Origin: Selaginella moellendorffii
Lineage: Eukaryota > Plantae > Lycopodiophyta
Direction of reading: 5' to 3'
Length of the DNA: 64,000 nt
Assembly (NCBI RefSeq): GCF_000143415.4
Contig: NW_003314301.1
Location: 166,097-230,096, forward strand
The notes beneath the pieces were generated by a model that was not told the origin of the DNA, ran no database searches, and saw only the letters and a program-made list of their open reading frames with translations. The position numbers and the translations under genes were made by a program. Below, piece after piece: positions 1-12,334 of this stretch. Within the stretch, counting starts at the first letter, position 1. Every line of letters starts with the position of its first letter.

Positions 1-560
1 GGGGGCTATTGGGGGGTTCCAAATATATAGTAGGGATAGTGGGTAGGTCGGGCATGGCCGACCAACTTGAGGTATAATCTAGCTCCCACTTGCATGCCTG
101 TCCTTGTTCTACATCTGGCTTGGGTCTAAGCCCAAGTTCCATTCCATGCTACCTAGTGGAGTACCCATGTCTTTACGTTAGGCCATAGGTATGCTAAAAT
201 AGCGCGATAGATATCACATGTCACATGCCATGTGTCCAAAGGACAGTGGTGTGGAACCCAAGTTTCAGGGCCTTGGGCCACTGAACGAAGGAACGGTGCC
301 AAACTCCCAAGCATGGAGCCAAGGAGTGATGGAATTAGATTATGGAGCAACTCTTAAGCATACAACCTAAGGAGCGAAGGGATAAGAGCTCAAAGCGACT
401 TGGAACAGTTCTAGAGCAACTAGCATCCCATTGCCAGAACTAGCACGCAAAACAGCCAAACGAAGTCTAATGTGGCACAAAGAGGGTTTAGGTTCTGCTT
501 TGTGGTGTTATCCTATGGTAAATTACCATAGGATAAAGGGTAAAAACCACGTGTGCTACA
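1..560 (+). repeat. 5' LTR (partial) of A1, with an internal ~270-bp inversion at 203-472
   Basis: Flanks match 7495-7695 and 7966-8053 directly, but 203-472 matches the other family-A LTRs only as the reverse complement. Confidence 0.9.
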
Positions 561-1658
561 TTTGGTATTAGAGAATACGTCTCAGCGAGTATTATCCAAT
601 GAGATTGGGCAACTAGTCTCATTGCATATGCAGAGATGAAAATGATGATCCAAGTGGGTACACGTTTGGGTGCAAAGACTTCACAATTGTTTATTGGGTA
701 TGGATTTGGTTACCTTGTTGTACCTTATGATGTGAGCCTGCTCTTGGGCTCATAAGATGGATTTGAGGTGTACCATTGTTGCACAAGTTTATGCTTGGGC
801 TCGTGAGTGAGGCATATTAGCAACTCAAGGTTACACTTTGAGTTGGCAGGATTAATATTAGCTTATTGTTGGTTCCATGAGTTGTTCCATGTACCATGGG
901 TGAAAGTAAACCTTCCCTGGGTTTGCTATGAGTAGCAAATAGGCTGGTCCGTAGCTGTTTAGCATGACACTAGTGGATCCTTCCTAGGCATGATTACAAG
1001 ATCAATTAAAACTATAAGGATTAGTCTATTGGTTCAAATAGTCATTGCCGTGCTCTCTTATAAACTTTTCTTGGATTGGACTGAAGGCAGTGCAAATGCA
1101 AGTTTGAGGTTTAGTCAAAGTAGAGACTGAAAAAAGAGTCATCAGGGACAAAGGATCAAACACATAAATCATTCTCTCCTCTTGGAGAGATGATTTGCAA
1201 TGAGGTGTGGCTCATTGCTCGTATTCACATCATGCAATCAAGAGTCCTTACCTTGATGCATATTGGAAATGATGGTCTTTCAAATGGTGAGTTGTGGGAT
1301 GGATAGCGGTGAATTTTGTCTAAGTTTGCAATTGGAAGATTTGGGTTACAATGCTTAATTCTTTTCCGGGGAAACTTGCTATTGCTTCTTGAGTAGCTTG
1401 GTCTTGGATTAGTTTTGAGTTTGGTTAGAAAGAAAGTGGTATGAGCTTGTCTGTGTTGTGAACAAAAGTTAGTGGTATTAGGTGTTATAAATCTCTATTG
1501 GTGAGGTGTAGCATTTATGTTATATTTTATTGAATCGAGTTAGCACTTGATAGTCATATAAACCTTTGAGTAATGACATGGGCACTGCTCATGGTGCTAC
1601 TCAATTGATGATTAAATCATTGTGATATTTATATCATATCCATGTGATAATGAGTAAT

Positions 1659-3332
1659 TGTAAGTGACTAATTTTTCCATTCTACTTTAGCCACTTAACC
1701 ACACCTTCGACCACTTGGAGGAGTCTCACTCACGACCTCCATAAGTCCTATTTTGGACTTGGGCTTGCTAGCCCTGAGAATAGCATCGCCGGCACTCAAC
1801 CTTTGCACTTGATCCAAGTGCTCCACGTGTCCGATCCCATGACCAACACTCAAAGGTACCACCGACATAGCAGCTTGTTACGCTAAGGCCATGCCCAATC
1901 ACCTTTGGCGCACTAGTGGTCCAATACCACTTGCATCACAGTCCTACCTCTCCAAGACTGGGCCAACCATCCATGAGTGGTCATCACAGATCCACTCCTT
2001 AGCATCCTTCGGATACCCACCGACAAGGAGAATAGCCTTCCCCAATATCCCTCTTTCAATCCCAACCAAGTCCCGTCCTACCCATGGCCATGTTCACCAA
2101 CACTACCACTGGGTCAAGGCCCACAGGCCCGACCACTAAGTCCCAATGCCCTCTGGGACTTCCTTACCATGTGACTATGTCCTTAGTCACTATGCCAAAC
2201 GTCTGCTCCTCTTTCTTTCCACAGTCTGGGACTTTAGGGCAACATTTCGGAACACCATGGCATTACACGAGCCACCTGGGTACTCTCCCTGCCTTCCGCC
2301 CTTAGGTGCTCTAGCCATGGGCTTAGAGCGAGGTTCCGTTGAGCCACACCTGGTATCCAAGTAGGTAGTGCCACCCACACTTGGACTGGGAGCATCGGCC
2401 AGTCGATCTCCCGGGGGAACTAGAGCCGGCTCTTGAACACTTCCCTGCTTGTCAGTCCGTGTTCACTCTAGTCTTGGACTTCCCAGTGGGCAGCTCATCA
2501 CCCAACACTGGGTATAGCCTTCCTGGGCCAAACTAGCTCCACTGCAGTCCTCCCCCTTACTATACTTTTGGAGCTCACCAAACCCCCCAGGGTCTGGGAA
2601 ACAAATGCTTTGGGCTTTCACCCTCTCAGACTCGAACTCGAACTCGGACTCGGACTCAAACTCAGACTCGGACTTGGGCTCGGGCTTGGTCTCGGCCTTG
2701 GCCTCAGTCTCGGTCTCGGTCCCGACCTCGGTCTCGGTCTCGGTCTCGGTCCCGGTCTCGGTCTCGACCTTAGACTCCATCTCGGGTCCTTCTCGGACTT
2801 CATCTCGGACTCCATCTCGGTCCATCTCGGACTCCATCTCGGGTCCATCTCGGACTCCGTCTCGGTCCATCTCAGACTCCATCTCGGGTCCATCTCGGAC
2901 TTCATCTCGAACTCCATCTCGGGTCCATCTCGGACTCCATCTCGGACTCCATCTCGGACTCCGTCTCGGACTCCATCTCGGACTCCATCTCGGACTCCAT
3001 CTCAGACTCTGTCTCGGTTCATCTCGGACTCCATCTCGGACTCCATCTCAGACTCCATCTCGGGTCCATCTCGGACTCCATCTCAGATCCATCTCGGACA
3101 CTTTCACGTGTCATGTGTTGGTCCTTTTTGGGTCCCTTTTTGGAGCCTTGCTTATTGGTTGCCTCGTGCTCGCTCCTTGAGCACTTTGTTGGGAGTTCCA
3201 CTCCCACTCTCGACCTTCCAAGTCGGAGCTTTTAGTCCAAACGTGTTACGCTCATTTGGCTTTCGCTTTGGCCACTACCACGTGGCACCCTTTCCAGCTC
3301 CACTTTGGGGCCTAGGGATTTTGTGTCTCACA
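1659..3332 (-). mobile_element. Family-B solo LTR inserted in A1
   Basis: TG...CA ends with a 5-bp TSD GTAAT (1654-1658 and 3333-3337). The empty site is visible in copy A2 (~33545-33570). Orientation is taken from the PPT-like tract next to the paralog at 10196. Confidence 0.92.
2625..3100. repeat. Tandem arrays inside the family-B LTR: 6-bp (TCTCGG/ACTCGG) units followed by 12-bp (TCTCGGACTCCA/TCTCGGGTCCA) units
   Basis: Directly visible. Decayed versions at ~9575-9945 and ~40625-40800. Confidence 0.95.
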
Positions 3333-6300
3333 GTAATGTGTTTATGAAGTTGCTTGGTTAAAAGATTATCAACCCTAAAGTGGTTGATAGTGAAGCTAGT
3401 CTACTTGCATGAAGTAGCCTTGTAGTAGCTTTGACTAGATTCTCAGCGATGGTCCATTATGCTAAGCTTAAGTTGGTTCCTTGATTCATTGAGTTTGCCC
3501 ATTAAGGTGTTAGGAAAGAGTTATAGCATTCACTTGCTATGATTTGTTGGTTGATCCGTTAACACTTGGAGTAGATTGTTGGATAGAGAAGGTGTGAGGT
3601 TGAGGCATTACCATCACTAACATTTGTGTTAGTGAAAGTGGCATTGTTATTTCAAATGATGAGGAATTTTTTTTAGACCTTGATTTTTCATGTCATTTTT
3701 CTTGTTAGTGTTTTGGCTTCACATTGGATCTTGAAGATGGTTGAAGAAGAGTGTTAGTGCAATGTGGATGTCTGAAGATATGGTTTTCGTGATTAAGCCT
3801 TGGATGTTCATTTTTGCATTTTGCGGATGTCAGTGTTAGATGTCGAAAGTATGGGCAGAAAGATGTTCAAGGCTTAAGCATACTATGTCATGAGAATTTG
3901 TGTTGAGGTGAATCTATGTGAAGTTGTTAGTCGGAGGAAGTTGGTTAAGTGTTGAAAGTTTGTATTCCTAGACTAAGAGTCATTCTTTCTTTAGGATGGA
4001 AAATTTTCCACAAATTTTCTTAAACTTTTCCAATAGCTGATCTGTTGGTCATTTTGCTCATAAACTATTCCGTTTTTGTAAGCCAATACAAACTAGTGAA
4101 GGGGTTAGAGTTGACTTTGGTTGGCTTAGACCTTAGTAGATAGTTTGTATGATGCAACTTGAAAAGGGATATTGACTTTTGGGGCTAAAGCAATTGAGTT
4201 GAATAGAGTCTGGAGTTAGTGTAGAAAAGTGGCCATTGCACTTTTCTAGAAAAGTGACCCTTGTGCCTTTCTTCTATAGCATTGTGCTAGGTGGCAAGTT
4301 GCACCTTGCATTTTGTTAAGACTCTATGAGAGTAGTGAGCTCTCACTGATCTTGACTTGGTCTTGGTGGCCCTACACCTTGGCTGAGGATAGTGATGTCC
4401 AACTTATTTGTTTGTGGTTGAGATGTTAGTACCCGTACTATAACTTTATCTATGAGGAGGTTGTGTACCGATATGAGTTCATCTTATGGTCTTCACTTTA
4501 GTTTCGGCTGAGTGTTGATCATGCATAGCTAGCCTCTTCAAAGCATGCTCAAAGCTGTTGGCTAAATGTGTTGGTGAGCTTTTTGCAGTTGAGTTGGATT
4601 CAAGTGGTCATTTAATTTGTGCTTGTGTATGAACCTTTATCTCGACCTGGGGTATTACGTTCATGTTAGACAAGTATATGACTCGATGGCATGAGTTTAG
4701 TGTTTCGGTCTCATGAAAGCAAGTTGAAGAGTGATTGTTGGTTGCTTTGTGACTAGTGGTTGCTTATAAACTTCGTCAAGGACTGTGACACTTGCTTCAC
4801 TCGATGATGATTTAGCAGTGATGGGCTTGCTTTACCGGATGGTATTGCAGAAGATCGTATCATTAGACTTACATGGGTTTTCCATGTTAGCATATTGATT
4901 TTACCTTTGTCAATGTTATTTTAGGATTGACATTGAGTTTCATTAGTCTTGATGAAAATAGTGGTGATGATTTGGCTATGGCTTTATGTTATTGACATTC
5001 ATGCATTTGCTAGTTAGTAGTTGTGTTGATGTTCAAATGAACTGAGTGGCAAGTTTGAGTTAATTATGTTCTAGACGAGATTATTTAGTAGAGGGTTGAG
5101 CTTTGGCTTTTCTTTGAAAAGTGATTCAGTCATGGACTATACTAGCCTTACAAGTGGAAGAGTTAGTGATCGATATTTAAATGTTTGAATCCTTGTTGGA
5201 TTTGAATTGAGATATATCAATCATTGATAATTCTTCTTGTGATTGTTATGAAGTGAGTTACGTCTTGCTATAGATGGATTCATGGAGGATCGTTTGGTGA
5301 TCACTTGTTGAGCATAACTTCATTATGCTTAGCTTTTGGATTAATGCAGACATGCTTTTCATTAGCTTTGGCATTATGAAGTTTAGCTTATGAATATGTT
5401 AAAGAGGATATTATGGGTTGTACCATGATTTCTTCTTTAGCATTGAAATTAATTCATGCAAGATTCATGATCGTTATGAGGCACAACTTGGCTATAGACT
5501 TCTTCGAGCTTTTAGTTCTTTGAGTTTTATGCTCATTATTCTATTTGTTAGAAGTTGTTGGGGAAGGCATTTTGGCTTGTTAGCTTTGATGTTGAAGTTA
5601 GTATTTGCATCTAGCAATCATTGGTGATGATTGACTTTCATTTAGGATAATTGATTATCCTTATCTAAGGTTTTGCTTAATTATTATTGATCTAGAATGA
5701 TTTGTTATTCTTTGGGATGGTGGATTCTTTTTTTGACGATGATTTGGCATATCTTTTTGATGGGATAATTGATAATCTTTCATGATGGTTAGTTATTCTC
5801 TTTGATGGCTTTTGGCTTTTCGCAATACCCATATGTTCTTTATGGTTTGCTTTGGATTGGTCTTTTGGGTTGAGACATCAAAATAGGATGTTGCAAACAC
5901 TTGTTTGAGCAACTCTGGTTCCTTGGTATTGTTGACTCAGATCTATTCAAATTGGCTAGTGCAATAGTTGGTAAAAATGAGTGGTTGTTGGTGTTATCGC
6001 ATTCATTCTATTTTGTTGATTGTTGCTCAAGTTAGCTTTAATAGTTTATGATATTATTTTTTTTGGGTAATACATTCGCAAGCATTTTGCTTGCCAGTCG
6101 ATGATACCTTGTGTTCTTTGTATTTTCATTTGTAAGTTGTTTGGCATAATATCTGCAATCTTTGGTAGTTAAGTTTTATCATTAAGTTTCCTTGATGATA
6201 TACTAGCTATTGACTTTTGTTGGATGGTGAATCTTATGTTTTCTAAATATGGAGATCTTGGTGGTTCCTATACTATAATACTGGTTTATCGAATGATAAC

Positions 6301-6916
6301 TTGGAATACTTTTGTGTTCTAATCTAAGATATATTCACTGATAATTAAGTCTCTAAGATATCATTGTCTCTAACTTTGATATTGTCCATTTATTGATCTT
6401 TGAGTTTGGGCTAGTATAAGCAGACTGGCTTCGACACTTCGTGTGCATAGTGCATGGGGTAGCTACTGTCGACTGGTCACATCATCTGCCTCTCTATCGA
6501 TGTTCTTTATTCTGTTAAAAGGGCGTGACCGTGTAAACAACTCTACCTGCCTATTTACAATAGTCTATCTAAACCTTACCGATGGGTTTGGTTTCTTTGC
6601 TCATGACGGTTATCTAGCTTCTCTCTCTATGTCCCTGCAGGCAGGGGCGTATCACACTTTTGTAAGTTGGGTGACACCCAGAGTAGCAAGGGTGGCTAAC
6701 TCCGTTGGTCATTTCTTTGTCGGCGACGGCCGAAAGGTGTTTGAGTTGGTAGCGTATCTGCATTAGACAAAGAGGTTACCTCCTAACTCATTTAAGTCGG
6801 TGCATTTCTCACATAGTGTGATCACCATGAACTTTTTTTAGAGTTGTTTCCTTGGTGGTGTTCTAAACTCGAGTATGCATCAACGAGGACGTCGATCTTC
6901 CCTAAGGGGGGGAGAG

Positions 6917-8053
6917 TGTTGTGGATGTGACTTCGGGTATTGATAGTTACCTATCGGCCAGTCTTTATAGACACTCTTTCTTTACTGCCACAACGGCAGA
7001 AGGTCGGTATTGCTTGACCCTTTATCAGTCCCTTTTGTGCTAGTGGAGTTAACTAGGCATTTTGAGTGTAGTTAGACTAGATGAGCATAAAGACGGAATT
7101 CCTACGTGTTATTAGCTAAGCATACTTAGCCCGGTAAGGAATTCCCATCTCATTATGTCTTGCACTGGCTAATGACAAGAACCCTCGTGTATTGAGATTA
7201 GTCCCTTAATATCACTAGATGATAGCTTACCGTGTCTGCCAAACACCCTTGCTATCATACCCTTTGTGTTAGTCTCACTTTGGTCCCAAATGCTATTTAT
7301 GGAAAGTGCTCATTTGGCATATCTACAGAATGTAGAGATTGTCCTAAACACAATGGTGTTCTTCCCAGGTCCAAATTCGCAATCTAACGCCATTCCATAT
7401 TTCATAAATTTCAAGCTTGTCCTAGAGACTAACTCCTGATACTAAAGGAGGCTTGGGGTAAAAGCCTAAAGTATATGTTCCTCGAGGGGGGGGGGGGCTT
7501 GTGGAGGGTTCCAAATGTATAGTAGGGATAGTGGGTAGGTCGGGCATAGCCAACAAACCTAAGGCATAGTATAGCTCTTGCTTGCATGTCTGTCCTTGTT
7601 TTGTGTCCGGTTTGGGTCTAAGCCTAAGTTCCATTCCATGCTACCTGGTGGAGTACCCATGTCTTTGTATTAGGCCACCGGTATGTCGAAATAGCACCAA
7701 ACTCCATTTGGCTCTGTTTTGTGTGCTAGTTTTGGCAATGGGATGCTAGTTGCTCTAGGACTGTTCCAAGTTGCTCCAGGCTCTGTCCCTTCGCTCCTTG
7801 GGTTGTATGCTTAGGAGTTGCTTCATGGTCTGGTTCCATCACTCCTTGGCTCCATGCTTGGGAGTTTGGCACCGTTCTTTTATTCAGTAGCCCAAGGCCT
7901 TTAAACTCGGGTTTCACACCACTGTCCTTTGGACACGTGGCATGTGACATGTGGCATCTATCACGTAGCACAAAGAGGGTTTAGGTTCCACTTCGTGGTG
8001 TTACCCTATGGTAAATTACCATAGGATAAAGGGTAAAAACCACATGCACTACA
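6917..8053 (+). repeat. 3' LTR of A1 (1137 bp)
   Basis: TG...CA ends, directly after the PPT, homologous to the LTRs of A2. Confidence 0.9.
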
Positions 8054-8399
8054 ATTACACTAATTTCAATGTCTTGTAGATACTAAAGTGTCTTGTTGCT
8101 TGGGTGTTATAGCATACTAAGACAACACACAACCACATCTTGCCATCATATATATACAACTAAGCATATTGATGAGAAAGCCCATCCCAAAATTGAAGAA
8201 ATTGATAATTATTATATTGGGCTGGAGAAGTATAGAAAATAAAAATTGCTAAACATCATGAAAAATGAATCAATGGCCTAAGCTATTTTAATCTATTACT
8301 TAAATGAGTGATTAAAAGGAGTAGAGAATTGTGCAAGGGAATTGATTTAGAAGTAAAAGAAATCAAAGAGAGTTTGCGCTATATTTGTTATTGATATAT

Positions 8400-8800
8400 T
8401 TAAACTGAATCTCTTCTCACTTGATTTATTCTCAAATGAAATAATAGAATATTGAAGTGCTTATTTCTTCTATGGTGCACTAGATTCAAAATCAATTGTA
8501 CACACACCGTGTTGTCATGGAAAATATTCAATAATGATGGAAATTGAAATCAATGTCTCAAAAAAGCCTTTGAATCCAGAATGTCTCCTTATTGAAATAA
8601 CATTATAGTAATGACAGAGATCATAGGAAGAAAATAAATCCATCTTTAATATTACATATATAATATATGTCCATCTAAAGATGAAGTCTCTTGTAGTGTA
8701 TTGGAAGAAAGTATAAATACCATCCTTTGCTAGTTTAGAAATGGATAACAAGTTTTTGGAAAACTTCAGAGTAAACAATATATTAATGATCTCTATGTAA
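8400..8800 (-). pseudogene. Ty1/copia pol remnant (protease/pre-integrase region)
   Basis: Minus-strand 'FSKNLLSISKLAKDG' matches the copia 'xNLLSVSKL' motif. AT-rich and decayed. Confidence 0.55.
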
Positions 8801-8880
8801 TGCAGGAAGAAAGATCCTTCTAAAAGTTATTATTCTTAATGTCTCATCTTATCTATTTATTTGCTATAAAGCTAATCAAT

Positions 8881-11030
8881 TGTAAGCAACTAAATTTTTG
8901 ATTCTATTTTAGTCACTTAACCACACCTCTGACCATTTAAAAGAGTCTCACTCACAACCTCCATAAATCATATTCTGGACTTGAGGACTTACTAGTCTTG
9001 CAAATGGCATCTATACCACTAAGCCTTTGCACTTGGTCCAAGCGTTCTACGTATCTGATCCCATGATCAACACCCCAAAGATATGCTATATGACCATATC
9101 TTTGATCACTACACAAAAAGATTGCTCCTTTTCCTTTCCACAGTCTGGGACTTTGGGACAATATTTCCAAACATTGTGGCTCTATATGAACCTTATAAAT
9201 ACTCTCCCCACCTTCTGCCTTTGGGTGCCCTAGCCATGTGGCTAGAATGAGGTTCCCATGAGCCATGCTAGGTATCTAAGTAGGTAGTGCCACCCACACT
9301 TGGATTGGGAGCATTGACCATTCGATCTCCCAAGGAGCTAAAGTTGGCTTTTGAACACTTCACCAAATTACCCCACTTGTTTATCTATATTTACTTTAAC
9401 CTTGGACTCCTTAGTCATTATATCATCATCCACCATATGGGTATAGCCTTCTTTGGTCACACTAGCCTTTTCTGGTCAAACTGCCTCTATTGGAGTCTTC
9501 CCCCTACTATACTCTTAGAGCTTAGCAAACCCCCTAGGGTTTGGGAAACGATCGCTTTGGACTTTCACCCTCGAACTTGGATTTGGTCTTTGACTTGGTT
9601 TTGGACTTAGTCTCAGACTCAGTTTCAGTCTTAGTCTTGGTTTCAGTCTTAATCTCAGTCTTAGTTTCGGTCTCAGTCTCAGTCTCAGTCTCTTTCTCGG
9701 CCTCAACCTCGGAATCCATCTCAGGTCCATCTCAGACTCAACCTCGGTCCATCTCAGATCCATCTCAGATTCCATCTTGGATCCATCTCAGACTCCATCT
9801 CAGGTCCATCTCAGACTCCATCTAAGGTCTACTCAAATCCATCTCAAACTTCATTTCAACTTCCATCTCAGGTCTATTTTGGGTCTATATCAGACTCCAT
9901 TTTGAACTCCATTTTGGGTCCATCTTAGGTCCATATCAGGTTCGTTCTTGACACTTCTATATGTCACAACACTTGCCATATATCAGTCCTTCTTATGTCC
10001 CTTTTTAGAGATTCATTTACCAATTGCTTTATATTCATTCCTCAAGCACTTTGTTTAAAGTTCCATTCCCACTCTCGACTTTCTAAGTCGGAGCTTTTGG
10101 TCCAAACATGTTACATTTGTCAGACTTCCGCTTTGACCACTATTATATGGCATCCTTTCTACTCCACTTTGGGGCTTAGGGATTTGTGTCTCACAACTCC
10201 ACCACCCATAGATGAAATTTGATGTCCTTATCAAACAATAAACCATTTTATAAAGTAACTCCATTATAGATTACCATTTTTCATCTTTGGCACCCAGCTA
10301 ATATTTGTTAATGGTTCGACACCGAAAGTTCACTATGCCTTACCCATCCTCTAAAGAGTATAGTCTCTCCAATTTATAAACTCATTAAACCATTTACCTT
10401 CCCCTTTTATTTGTTTAGTTCATGCTAAACTTGTTAAAGACACCTTATCTATTTTAATTTTATTATTCATTCAAGAGTAGTCTCAGCCTCTATCAACATA
10501 ACCATCACACTCCTTTATTATTGACATCTCGAATCAATTTCTTAAATGTGTTCGACAACTTGTATTGCACCAATTATGCAAACAACTTCCCCATCTTAGG
10601 GAATTCTTTACCAAAGGGCACTATCATCTTTTCTTTTATTTCATGCCACCCTTGGTACTAAGTTCTATTTATCTATAATTCATGCTAGGGTTATCCATGG
10701 CCCTATCATTTGGCTACTTTACCGTTCCATCTCTTTTAAAATTTTTACCTTCGTCAAATTGGAGCATTTGGGAATTCATCCTTGGAAACATATTTCCTTT
10801 CTCACAATTCGTTAACATCCACCATATGGGTGTTCCTCACTTAACTTGTTATTTGGATTCTTTTTAATGATTTCTATAATCCATTATTGGCCATTAGTCT
10901 TTTGCTTCTATCCTTTATTGCACCACTCAATATAGAATCACTACCTCAATCCTTGAGGTATCCTTTTAGTTCCATAACAATGGCTCTACTTTATGAAGTC
11001 CATGAGGTGTTCACCCTTGGTAGATTAAGA
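8881..11030 (-). mobile_element. Family-B 3' LTR (8881-10195) plus adjoining decayed internal sequence
   Basis: Homologous to 1659-3332 from TGTAAG to GTCTCACA, with an internal deletion. PPT-like GGGTGGTGGAGT on the minus strand at 10196-10207. Region 10820-11030 is homologous to 40876-41070. Confidence 0.8.
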
Positions 11031-11773
11031 TGTGGAGATGAAAAAGGATTCAATATAGATTTTATGAGTTGTTTATTATGCTATTTGGGTTATACAATGC
11101 TCTAGCAATATTCAGTACAATGATGGATAGAATTTTTAAAGAATATTTAGATATATTTGTTGTATTATATATCGACAATGTTTTAGTCTTTAGTGAAATG
11201 TTGGAGGATCATTTAAAACACTTGGAGCTAGTGTTTCAAAAGTTGCATAAACATAAACTATTGGCTAAGAAAAATAAATGTGCTTTTGGACAATTGTATG
11301 TGAACTCTTTTAGGCATATAGTTGGTGGTGGCATAATTGCGTTGGATCCAAAGAAAGTGGAAGTGGTGAAGTCTTGGGAAGTCTTGACCACTATATTAGA
11401 TGTTCATTCCTTTCTCGGTTTGGTGGGATATTATTGCAAGTTTGTTTGCTATTTTGCAAATGTTGCTCTTTCATTGACTGAGTTAATAAAAGGTAATATA
11501 CTGTTTCATTGGACACTAACTTCTTAGTATGCTTTTGTATGATTGAAGGATATCTTAACTACGGTTCCTGTTCTTAGGGTCCCAAACATTAATAAACCCT
11601 TCAAAGTGTATTTTGTGATGCATTTAGCTATGCTATAGATGCCATGTTGCAGCAAGATTGTGAAAATATAATTGGTGTTATGCTAAGGCAATACAGTTGT
11701 CCCATTGCATTTTATTCCAAGAAATTAAATGAAATCCAATAAAGATGGCCAATGCACAAGAAATAGATGTTTG
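11030..11773 (+). pseudogene. Ty3/gypsy RT-RNase H remnant
   Basis: 'MLFGLYNALAIF...LYIDNVLVFS' (degenerate MPFGL and YxDD), 'FLGLVGYY', and downstream PIAFYSKKL. Interrupted by stops. Confidence 0.85.
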
Positions 11774-12240
11774 TGTAAGTAACTAAATTTTCCATTCTAC
11801 TTTAATCACTTAACCACACTTTTGACCACTTAAAGAAATTTCACTCACAACCTCCATAAGTTTTATTTCTAACTTAGGGACATGTTAGCCATACAAATGG
11901 CATCTATGCTGTTCAGCCTTTGCACCATGTCCAAGTGTTTCACATGTTTAATTCTATAACAAATACTCAAAGGTACCACTAATATATTAGCTCATCATGT
12001 TAAAGCTATGTCCATTTACCTTTGTCTCATAAGTAATTCAGGACCACCCATACCATAATCTTGTCTTCCAAATATTAGGCCATCCGTCCATGAGTGATCA
12101 TCCCATGACCACACTTTACCATCCTTAGGATGCTTGAAAATATGAGGAACACCCTTCTCTAACATCCTTTCTTTAGTCCTCACTAAGTCCCTTTTCGTCC
12201 CTAGTCGCGCTCACAAACACCGCCACTAAATCAAGGACTA
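11774..12240 (-). repeat. Truncated family-B LTR fragment
   Basis: Starts TGTAAGTAACTAAATTTTCCATTCTAC, homologous to 1659-2120. Confidence 0.8.
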
Positions 12241-12334
12241 AAGTGTAAGAAACCAAAGGGAACAATTCAATAGATAATCCATAGGGTTTAAATATAGAGG
12301 GAAAGGGCCCATGAACAAGAATGCACCCCCTTTT

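Larger units (their letters stand above)
1..8053 (+). mobile_element. Family-A non-autonomous LTR retroelement (LARD-like), copy A1; 5' LTR cut by the window edge
   Basis: 5' LTR ends ...GCTACA at 560. PBS TGGTATTAGAG at 563-573 (tRNA-iMet-type TGGTATCAGAG with one change). PPT AAGGGGGGGAGAG at 6904-6916. 3' LTR runs TGTTG...CTACA 6917-8053. Internal region is colinear with copy A2 (reverse complement) and has no gag/pol ORF. Confidence 0.9.

Noticed and set aside
1659-3332. Hammerhead ribozyme (retrozyme) in the non-coding LTR elements
   Set aside because: I found no CUGANGA...GAAA core with suitable stems by eye (the closest is GGTGATGAG). An Infernal scan would be needed to exclude it fully.
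2463-3347. Long ORFs on both strands (139-259 aa; LGLGLG, SRTPSRTP, ETETE)
   Set aside because: They are translations of the stop-free 6/12-bp tandem array inside an LTR, not genes. The same applies at 9515-9825 and 40617-40877.
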